In this document: piece after piece, positions 52,321 to 64,000 of the stretch
Position numbering within the stretch: the stretch's first letter is position 1
Layout: each line of letters opens with the position of its first letter
Assembly (NCBI RefSeq): GCF_009914755.1
Contig: NC_060933.1
Source of the DNA: the human T2T-CHM13v2.0 reference genome, Homo sapiens
DNA length: 64,000 nt
Reading direction: 5' to 3' (one strand)
Notes under the pieces: generated by a model
The model's input: only the letters and a program-made list of their open reading frames with translations
Databases searched by the model: none
Told to the model about the DNA's origin: nothing
Translations under genes and position numbers: made by a program

Positions 52321-52827
52321 TGTAAAAGGAAATTAAATTTGGGACCCCAAACTCATTTAGCCAAAGGGAAAAGTCACCCTGAGAACTGAGTCACAAAAGG
52401 CTGCCTCCCCACTTCGGTTACTAAAGAAGATTGGCTACAAGATGAAAGGCTACCCACCTCCCCCTATTTTGCCCACAAGGAAATTCCTGGTGAGCCATGG
52501 CGATGCAAATTGTCAGCTTATCTTTGCAGGTGCAGTCACCCCAGCCAGCCAGACACAAATACATATCTGATTGTTTCTGCTGCCCCATTGTGTCTGTGTT
52601 ATCTTATGTAAAATGCAGATTCCCCACATTTTTCCTCTGCCCCTCCCCTTCCGTTTATATGAAAACTGTGTGCTTCTCAATATCCCACCCTTTCCCCTTT
52701 ACATTTGGAGCACTTAAAATCATCTTCAGAGAAAGGCATAGACCTGTCTCCTGGGTGCATCCTTAATTTTGGCAAATAAATTTCCTAAAATGATTGAGAC
52801 TTGTCTCATCAGTTTCTTTGATGGACA
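52321..52827 (+). mobile_element. MER4-family ERV1 LTR
   Basis: TGTAAAAGGAAATTAAATTTGGGACCCCAAACTCA.. start, GGCAAATAAA..GATTGAGACTTGTCTCA..ACA end. Confidence 0.7.
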
Positions 52828-53421
52828 GCTTCATCACCAAACATCTGCAGATTTTCCCTACATCTTTTTGCTATTGATTTCTATTTGACAAAAATACAAT
52901 TCGTATGATTTCAATTTTCTTAAATTTGGGGGAACTGGTTTTATGGTCCAGGATACAATCTCCCTTGCCGAATGTTCTGTGTGCTCTTGGAAAGAATGTG
53001 TAACCAGTGTTAGGTGGTTGATAGTTAATTGGTTGAGACAATGACCAAGCTTTCTATATCTTTATGTTCCGTCAACTTTTTCTTTGTTACTGAACAGGGA
53101 GAGTTGCAGTCTCCAGCTACTACTGTGGAGTTATACGATTCTCCTTTCAGTTATATCAGCGTCTGCTCCATGCCTTATAAAACTCTGTGATTCACTGCAT
53201 TCACAGATTCTCTTGATAAATTTATCCTTGTAAAAGAATGTGTATTTTGCTGTTACTGCATGGAATATTCTCCTATTTTTACATGTTTGAGAGGCATTTG
53301 CATTTTTTTCCATGAAGAATTAAATCATATCCTTTGTCTATTGAGTTCTTGGAGTTTTTCTATTGACTTGTAGGAGCTCTTTATATATTAAGGAAATTAG
53401 ATATTATTTGTGCTATTCAGT

Positions 53422-53770
53422 TGTTATAAATAAAGATTTGGTGCCACAAAAGAAATAACACTTGAATATAAAATTCCCTTTTCAATTCTCAGCAAGGCAA
53501 GTTACTTCTATAGAAGGGCGCGCCCTTATAGATGGAGCAATGGTGGGCACACACCTGGACAAGGGAGGGGAAGGCGTTCTTATCCCTGACACATGTGGCC
53601 CCTGCTGCTGTGCCGTTCCGCTATTGGCTAGGGTTAGACCACACAGGGTAAACTAATTCCAACTGGCTAATTTAAAGAGAGTGATGGGGTGAGTGGTTTG
53701 GTGTGAAAAATGGTTATGACAGAGCAGGTAATCAGAATGTAGTCAGGGTGGAGCAGGCAATCGGAAAAAT
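53422..53770 (-). mobile_element. Partial ERV1 LTR (LTR10-like, tentative)
   Basis: TGTTATAAATAAAG..GGTGCCACAAAAGAAATA..CTATTGGCTAGGGTTAG resembles an antisense LTR10-family sequence as recalled. Confidence 0.5.
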
Positions 53771-54094
53771 CAGGTACTTGGCGCAATGACATCTCATTCT
53801 TGCCACCTCCACTGAGGCAATGTGGAAATAGCAGTGACTACGAAAACAGGTCACATGGCACCAAAAATGGTGTTTGAGAGAAAGAATGATGGAAGGATGG
53901 ATGGATGGATGGATGGATGGATGGATGGATGGAAGGGTTGTGGATGGATGGTACACGGGTGAATGAATGGATGATTGGAAGGAATGGAAGCCATAGGAGG
54001 AGTCAAAAGTGATACTGAACATGAAAGCACCTTGGCAAGCTGGAGAAGTCATGAAAGTGAGAAGATAAATGACCTATTCAATATGAGTAAATGA

Positions 54095-55753
<1,659 letters not shown>

Positions 55754-57395
55754 CAGTGTACCTATTTTTAAAACACTAATGAAGTTGGGGAATAGAGAAA
55801 TGGCAGGGAGATTGGACAGGAGGACTTAGGTCTGAAAGATGAGTCATAAGTTACAGGCAAAATGGAAAGGCCAACTGGAGGAAGATGGAAATATTGTTGG
55901 TGACACCCAGGGGTATTTGTAGAGGTGTGGCCTTGTTCAGAGGTGTCCTGAAGGTCAGAGCTGTGGGGCATCAGGAGGGAGGTGTCCATTTGGCAGCTAC
56001 ATACAAGAACCTAGAATTTAGGAGATGCACATCCAGGATGAAGCTTTGGAAGTCAAGAAAGGGTGCCCAAGACACCAGGAGAGGCTGAGATCCCCCAGAA
56101 GAGGAACAAAAACAGGAGCCATTTTGGCATGGAGAGAGATGGAGGGCGGGAAAGGGAGATAGTCAGAATCGGGGGAGGAAGGTGAGAGAGGAAAGCAGAA
56201 TCCAAGAAAAGCCTTCCCTGGGAAGCACAGACGTGGCCTTGGGGCCTGGGGCTGAGAAGCCGGTCAGGAAGGGGCAGGCGGACACGGGGCCTCGGGGCCT
56301 GGGGCTGAGAAGCCGGTCAGGAAGGGGCAGGCAGACACTGCCTCTGCTGGTTGTGGGTTCAGGGCTGACGTGGCTGTGACGCACTCTGCTCAGGGTTCAG
56401 CGGGTCCTGGGTGCAGTGGTGGAGCTGTCACTGCTCACATCCTCATGGAACCACGTGCCAGTGACGGGGATAGATTTGCAGCCAGCAGCACAGCCAGACA
56501 CGAGGGGCTGAGGAGGAGTCAGCAGACCATGTATTTGTTGTTGTTCTAAGAAACCTTTTCACTCGTCCTGCTTTGGTGACATTCTCTCTTGAGGTGAAGC
56601 TTTAGGAAAACAGGGTCCAAGATGGACAAACAGGATGCTTTACGGAATGGTCAGTGTTTTTCCAGCATGGCCCCACCCCTGCTGGGATGGTCCGCGGCCA
56701 TTGTGAAAAACAAGTGAGTTGGAAACTCACCCAGTTCCCAGTCAGCCCAGAGTCAGGGAATAAATGGACAACCAGAGAGAGCCAGAGTCGCTACAGCCAG
56801 CCTGGCAGTGCGAGCCCGGAGCTGACACAGGGCCACAGCCACGATGCAGCCACTAATGCGGACCCTTGGGCTGAGCCTGCTTTCCATGCTGTGAGCCCAG
56901 GGGACCCAGATGGTTCCTGTCCCCGCTGAGAAGGTGAGAGCTTCGGGAGGGTGAGGTGGGCACACACAAGAGCCACTTCCCGGGCCACGGTCTCCAGACC
57001 CTGGACCGGATGCCCAGCCTCACACCCGTCGCACAGCAGTGACCCAAACCCCGGGGGACATCGTCAGCTGAAGGGTCCCCCTTGTGCCTTTGGTGGCGTC
57101 CCCTGGGTAGAGAAGGGGGTGCCAAGCAGTGCCTGGGCAAACTCACTCCTGTAGGCAGAACTGGTGTCTCCACTGCGGGGTGACTGCTCAGAGGCCAACG
57201 GGCATCTTGGTGAGGTGAAGATCCCACCCCAGCTCACCCAGCCTCTCCTAGGGCCAGGGTTTGGGGAGGTTTTTGTTGAGTACCTTCATCTCCCAGAGAC
57301 AGCGTCTCCCCCTGGGGAGCTCAGGTTTGGTAGAAGCTGTGGGGAATCCCCCTTTTCTGAGTTTTCATTTTGCAAGGGCAACACATCGGGGGTCA

Positions 57396-57670
<275 letters not shown>

Positions 57671-58734
57671 ACAACCGAACAGCCAAACAAAACCCCACAA
57701 GTTCTTGTCAAGATTAAATGACTTTTACAAGTTTGTGGCATTATTAGAGAAAAGACTTAAGGGCGGCAAGTGCCCAGACGTCTGGTCCTAACATCCCCAG
57801 GGGTCGCCATGGCCTTGACTTCTTGAGACTTTTGGGCCTCTGGTTGGGCTGATGTGGCCTGGACACAGGAGCTCCTGGTGCTCAGGCTGGTGGACCAGGC
57901 CCCCCGGCACCTGGGCCCCCACAGCTGTGTCCAGGATTCCTGCTCCACAGAGCCTCCCTCCCTTCTCTGAGAGCCGCTCGGCCTCTGGCCACACTCTCCT
58001 CCCCCCGGGGCCTGAGGACCTCTCCCCACTGCCTCACCTGCATTCCCACCTCCTCCATGGCCTCGGTCCCCTCCCCAGGTCTCAGGGACTCGCTCTTTCA
58101 ACCCAATGCTCATCTGTGGCTTTTGGGCCTGGGAAGTCCACACCTGTGCCCCAGAGACGCCACGGTCCAGCAGCGTGCAACCCAAGGGAGGCGGGAGCTT
58201 GCACTGCGAGAACAGACACGAGTGGCCAGGCCCAAGGCCTGCATGCCCAGGGCGGGACTGACTGCTGCTTGCTTTGGGGAGAATGCTGTCGAGTCTCATG
58301 CTCAGAGGCACCGGGGACAAGCAGGGGAAGGAAGCAGCGCTGGTCACCTGTGGGCTGTTCACACGCAGCAGCCATGGCTGTGGTCATAAGATGAGCTGGG
58401 CTCAGCCAGCGCCACGGCATGTTGCTGACTCTTGACCGGTCGACACGTGAGCTCTAGCCCCTTTGGCCCCTGGATGTCTTCCTGTCTCATCCCCCAACAT
58501 TAAGGTTTGCCCTGATCCTTCAGGCCTCACAAGAGGGCCCCTGTCCCAGCCTCTGGCCTGGCTCCCCTTCTGCTGACGGATGTGGGGCTATCAGGGACCA
58601 GGACTCCTGACTGCCCCTTGAATATCTCTGTCTAGTTTGCTTTGCAACAAAACCCCACACCCTCTTCCACTGCCATTTCTTTCTCTCTCTCTTTCTGTCC
58701 CTCTCTCTATCTCTCTCCCTCTCTGTCTCTCTTT

Positions 58735-59022
58735 GAGATGGGGTCTTACTCTGTCACCCAGGCTAGAGTGTCACCCATGGCTCAAACATGGCTCTTTGCA
58801 GCCTCAAACTCCTGGGCTCCAGCAGCCCTCCTGCCTTAGTCTCCCATGCAGCTGGGACTACAGGCACATCCCGCCATACCCAGCTCATTTTTGTATTTTT
58901 TTTATAGAGACAGGAGTCTCACTTTGTTGGCCAGGATGGTCTTGAATTCCTGGGCTCAAGCGATCCTCCCACCTCAGCCTCCCAAAATGCTGGGATTCCA
59001 GGCATGAGCCATAGCGCCCAGC
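58735..59022 (-). mobile_element. AluJ-like
   Basis: Antisense Alu consensus with CTCAAGCGATCCTCCCACC. Confidence 0.85.
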
Positions 59023-59819
59023 CTCTTTCCCTCTTATTCCTTCTTCCACCCTCAACCATTTCACGGTTAATTCCCACATCCTCAGAAATTTGTGTCATGC
59101 AGCAGTGGTGTCTGCTGAAATGTTGGGGGAGACGGGAAAGGCTTGGCCTCCCTCCCTACGCTCCAGTGACTATGGCATCTCCCTATAGGTGGAAGGACTG
59201 TGGCACGCCCTGCGCTGGGAGCAGGACAGGGAGCTACTTAAAGAGGAGACGGCTCACCCTCTGCCACCATTCTGGATCCAGCGTTTCCAGGGTAACTTTA
59301 TGTTAAAAATGAATGTAAGGTGAGTGCCTGGTGGGGACACGTGGGGTGAGCGAGGGAGCTTCTCAGGCTCTCGCTGCCATCCAGGCCCTGGGCTGATGGA
59401 AAGGAGGTCGCTGGCCACTCTTCTTCACCAGGCTGCAGCCACTTTGGAGTCCCCCTTTCCGGCTTCTAACAGTTTCAGTCAGCAGGTCCCTTTTTAACTG
59501 GATCATGTGCTGAAGAACGCCACACACGGAGGGCTTGCTCAGGCTCTGGGCTCAGCCCAGGACCTTCCTGCCCCAAGCACCTCACCGCAATCTCTCACAG
59601 GCACTTCTGTAAGGTGAGAAGTCCAGCAGCCATGGGTTTATTGTTTTTCCTGTAAAACAATAAAATCTGGTAGGGGATTAGGCACGTATGCTGTGAAAGA
59701 CCTCTTTGCCTAACATAAGGATGGTAACTTTAGTGCCTTTGGTGTTACAAACCTTTATTACCTGTGGCAGCTAATTAATAGGAGATGTTCTAAGAGTCAA
59801 AGTTTCATTCTGTGGGCTT

Positions 59820-61440
59820 TTCATCCGCCACCCACCCACCTATCCACTCACCCATCCACCCACCCTTCCATCTATTCATTCATCTATCCATCCACCATCC
59901 ATCCACCCACCCATTCACCTGTCCATCCATCCACTCAATCACCCACTCATTCACACCTGCATCCATCCATTCATCCATCCATCCATTCATTCCATTTAAT
60001 CATTCATCCACCCATCCATCCATTCCTCCACCCATCTATCTATCAAAACACACACCCATTTATCCACCCAACCAACCATCCATCCATCCATTCACCCATG
60101 CAATCATTCATCCATCCTCCCACCTATTCATCCATCAATCTATCCACTATTCATTCACCTGCCACCCACTCACCCACCCATCCATTCACCCATTCACCCA
60201 CCCTTCCATCTATTCATTCATCTATCCATCCACCATCCATCCACCCACCCATTCACCTGTCCATCTGTCTACTCAATCACCCACTCATTCACCCCTGCAT
60301 CCATCCATTCATCCATCCAGCCATTCATTCCATTTAATCATTCATCCACCCATCCATCCATTCCTCCATCCATCTACCCATCTATCAATCCATACACACA
60401 CCCATTTATCCACCCAACCAACCATCCATCCATCCATTCACCCATGCAATCATTCACCCATCCTCCCACCTATTCATCCATCAATCTATCCACCATTCAT
60501 TCACCCACCACCCACCAATCCATCCATTCATCCATTTATTCCATTATTTATTCATTCATCCATTTATTGATATATACATGCATTTATCATCTATCCTCCA
60601 TTCATTCATCTACCATTCATTCCCCCTTCACCACCATCAATTCATCCACCATCCATCCACCATTTATCTTCCACCCATCCATCTAGCCATTTGGCCACCT
60701 CTTCATCTATTCACACCCCCATTCACCCACGATTTATTCATCCACTCCATCATCCATCTTTCACCCATTCCCCAACCAGTATTCATTCATCTACCATCCA
60801 TGCATACATCCACCCATCCACCATCTATCCACCCATTCATCCATTAATTTATCTATCAACCCACACATGCATCCATCATTCATCCTTCCATTCAACCATA
60901 CACCATCCATTTATTCACCATAATCCAACCATAATCAGTCCATTCATCTATCCAGCCATACATACCCCTCTTACCATCATGAGTCCACTTGTCATCCATT
61001 CACACCCAATTCACCACCCACCGTCTATCTTCCACCCATCCATCCATCTATCCACACCTTCATCCATCTATCATTCATTGACTTACATCCCCCATCTTCC
61101 ATCCATCCATTCTTCCATCCATTATTTACCTATTCATCCAGCCATTCATCCACCTCTCTGCTTCCCCATTCATCTATCCATAATTCATCCACCACTCATT
61201 CATTCATCCATAAATCCGTCCATCATCCACTATTTATCCATCCTTCTATTCATCTATCCACCCACAATCATCCACCCACTATCCATCTACCCTCATCCCC
61301 AATCTCTCACCCATCCACCCTTCCATTATCCCCCATTCACTATCCATCCACCATCCACCCTTCCATTATCCCCCATTCACTATCTATTCATCCACCATCC
61401 ACCCTTTCATTATCCATTGTCCATCCATTTATTTACCAAC
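59820..61440. repeat. 1.6-kb degenerate (TCCA/TTCA)n array with an internal ~340-bp duplication
   Basis: CACCCTTCCATCTATTCATTCATCTATCC at ~59861 and ~60199; CCCATGCAATCATTCA at ~60095 and ~60441. Confidence 0.9.
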
Positions 61441-62991
61441 AAATATTCATGGCATGGTGATCAGGTAGTGCACCATTCTAGACTCTGTGGATACAGCAGC
61501 AAAATGCACACATACAGCAGTCCCTACCTTCCTGTAGGTCACTGTGCCCCGAAGCAAACCACTGAAGCCCAGCTGTGTCTGGTTACAGGTGCAACTATCC
61601 ACATGAGCTTCTCCATCTGGACCCACTGTCAGTGTTTTATTCTTGTGAATGGTTTTAGCATTTAGCTAATAGTTTCCTGAAAATAGCCTCTCAGAACGAA
61701 GTTCCCTCTTGCACCTGTGAAAGGTCCCCAGCTAGCATTGCTAATGAGACAGCTGGAAGCTTCAAGACCATGTGTAGAATTTCACTGTGTGAGAACCAAA
61801 CCAGAAAATAACAGGCCCAAAGAACCCCAGAGACTTAACTAAAACATAGAGGAAGCATTTTCCTGCAACCCTCGCCTTCATAAACCCTCTTATGAGAGCG
61901 ATATTTTTGTCCTGAAAGTGAGAATACAGAGGTTCAGGAAGGTGGTGTTCTGTGTTCAAGGTCACACAGCAAGCAGCCAATGTGACCACGATCAGACACA
62001 GGTGTGCTCACTTTACCTTGAGACTGCACTCCCTGCAGACAAGGGAGGGGCGGTGGACACCTGTGAAGCGGGGAAACGGAGGAACAGCGTTTTCTGGGAA
62101 GAGTGAGTGTCACAGCCAGAGGGCTCACACTGGGTGTCAGGTGACTTTTTCCCTCCCTCGCTTTACATCAAGGCCCCAGCCCAAATCCTAGGGGCACAAG
62201 ATTCTCAACAGCCTTGTCTGCACCCAGGTATTAAATGTATGTTTCTTGGAGATGCCCAGAGACCAAGTGTCCCCAAGCATCCAGCTGAGCTTGCCAGCCC
62301 TTGCACCCCAGCCTTTGGCCCTAAGGAGGTCCACGCAGCTCAGCACTGTCAACCATGGGGCACTGCTCTGATGCACTGGGGCTAGAGGCAGAGATGACAC
62401 ACCCAGGGCCTTCTTCAGAGTCCGGGGAGTCCAGGGAGAAACATGAACGCTGCATTGGATTTTGCAACTTTGCTGGCAACTCATTCGCTTTCATCCACAA
62501 ACACCTTGGAGCCTCCCCTGTGGCCAGCAGTGGGCTGGAGACTGGAAAGCTGGCAAAAGCTGCCCTGCCATTTCCACCATGCCTCAGGACAGGGGCAGAT
62601 GGATGCCTCCAGGAGCCTGAGTGCTGATGCAGGTGCACCCCAAAGGGACCTGGCCCTGCCCGATCCAGGGAAGACTCCTTGGAGGAGGCGCGCTTGGAGC
62701 CGCGTGCTGAGTGAGGAGTAGGAGTGTGGAGAGGCAGCCAGGCCCCTTTGCCTGACCAGGGATCCAGGTGTCCCTCGAAGACACAGAGGCTGCCCCTGGT
62801 GTGGGTTAGAGTTAGGGATGGATGCCTAAAAAGTACAAGAAGAAAGAGGAACAAGTCCAGGATGTTTGAGCCACCTATCAGATATCTTACCGTGTGTGGC
62901 ACTGTGGGCCCGTGGCTGTTGCGAGGCCATGGGGGAAAGTTGGAGACATAGAGAAGGAACAAGAAGCAGAAACACAAATGCTCTGGTGGGT

Positions 62992-63329
62992 GATTCTCAC
63001 CGGAGCGGGGACCCTACTGTGACCTGCGCATGTGAGGGATCTGGGTTGCAAGCTCCTGATGAGAATCTAATGCCTGATGATCTGTCGCTGTCTCCCATAC
63101 CCCCTAGATGGGACAGTCCAGTTGCAGGAAAATGAGCTCAGGGCTCCCACCGATTCTACACTATGGTGAGTTGTAGAATTCTTCCATTATATATGACAAT
63201 GGAATCATAGTAGAAATAAAGTGCACAATCCAAGGAATGCGCGTAAATCATCCTGAAACCACACCCGTCTACCCTGCTCCGTGGAAAAATTGTCTTCCAT
63301 GAAACCAGTCCCTGGTGCCAAAAAGGTTA
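62992..63329 (+). mobile_element. MER1A (hAT-Charlie) 3' part
   Basis: GAGAATCTAATGCCTGATGATCTG...GTGGAAAAATTGTCTTCCATGAAACCAGTCCCTGGTGCCAAAAAGGTT. Confidence 0.85.
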
Positions 63330-63837
63330 AAATATGAAGACAGTGGAGATAGCGGTTCCTCCAACCCAGCATGCTCCTGGCTGCAGAAAGCGCGGTGGAG
63401 ATGGGTGAAGCACAGTGGAGATGGGGGAAGTGAGGTGGAGATGGGTGAAGCGCAGTGGAGATGAGTGAAGCGTGGTGGAGATGGGTGAGGGTGATCGTGT
63501 AGATTGGCCAATGGTTTCTGCTCAGCTTCAGGGGAATCAGTGTTTTCTCTAGGTCAAGTTCAGCAGCCTTGGAGTTTCCACGTGCTGATCATCAGGAACC
63601 CTGGTGAACATGTAGGTTGAGATGGCGCTGTGCCTGTGAGTGAATGTCAGGTGCTGCCATCTTCACTGGCCAGGGTCCTCGGTGCCTGTAGTGGGGTCAG
63701 CAGAGGCTGGCAGTGGTCGGGGCAGGTGGACCATGAGCACCTCCCTGCGCTGGTCAGCAGCAGGAGTCCATCAAGATGAATGGAGCAGAGGGGGTTCGCT
63801 CTCCTTGGCAGAGACATCGCAGTGCATTTCTTGGGAG

Positions 63838-64000
63838 CAGTGGCTCCAACCTTTTTAGCACCAGGAATCGGTTTCATGGAAGACAATTTTCCCATGGCCC
63901 GGGGGATGAAGGATGGTTTCAGGATAATTCAAGCATGTTTCATTTGCTGTGCACTTTATTTCTATTATTATTACATTGTAATGTGTCATGAAATATGATG
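63838..64000 (-). mobile_element. MER1A, inverted copy (runs off the window)
   Basis: CCAACCTTTTTAGCACCAGG..GGTTTCATGGAAGACAATTTT is the reverse complement of the MER1A 3' end. Confidence 0.85.

Noticed and set aside
59812-61665. Long His/Pro/Ser/Ile-rich ORFs (252 and 324 aa; also 54875-55636)
   Set aside because: Translations of (TCCA)n simple repeat.
61767-61840. CVEFHCVRTKPEN resembling PAEP exon 3 (CVEKKVLGEKTEN)
   Set aside because: No polypyrimidine tract or donor site; 62039-62102 is the better exon 3 candidate. Not fully excluded.
62880-62995. CCEAM...ALVG|GT resembling a lipocalin exon 4 end
   Set aside because: No acceptor at the expected distance, and the putative donor is the junction with MER1A.

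Overview
Human genomic DNA from the 9q34.3 lipocalin cluster. Three intact + strand lipocalin genes can be spliced by eye with canonical GT-AG junctions and the shared intron phase pattern 0,2,1,1,1: LCN1 (CDS 3540-7199, 176 aa), OBP2A (28130-31121, 170 aa; this allele carries several OBP2B-like residues plus an extra Cys) and PAEP/glycodelin (43610-47641, 180 aa). The rest is mostly Alu, L1, L2, MIR, LTR and DNA-transposon remnants, VNTRs and simple repeats. The main unexplained signal is two additional degenerate lipocalin genes that the ORF track does not call. One starts at about 56.8 kb, with a 90-nt signal-peptide exon carrying a single TGA, an intact 131-nt GxW exon 2 at 59189-59319 and a probable decayed exon 3. 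Its paralog starts at about 33.3 kb, and the two share collinear intronic homology, pointing to an ancient tandem duplication. Other notable features: a 1.6-kb VNTR grown out of the dUTPase motif of an ERVL element, a 49-bp VNTR carrying ten DR2-like elements, a PAEP exon 4/intron 4 copy nested inside an LTR inside an L1, and a young AluYa5 upstream of OBP2A. Repeat subfamily names and reference-protein comparisons are from memory and were not checked against databases.
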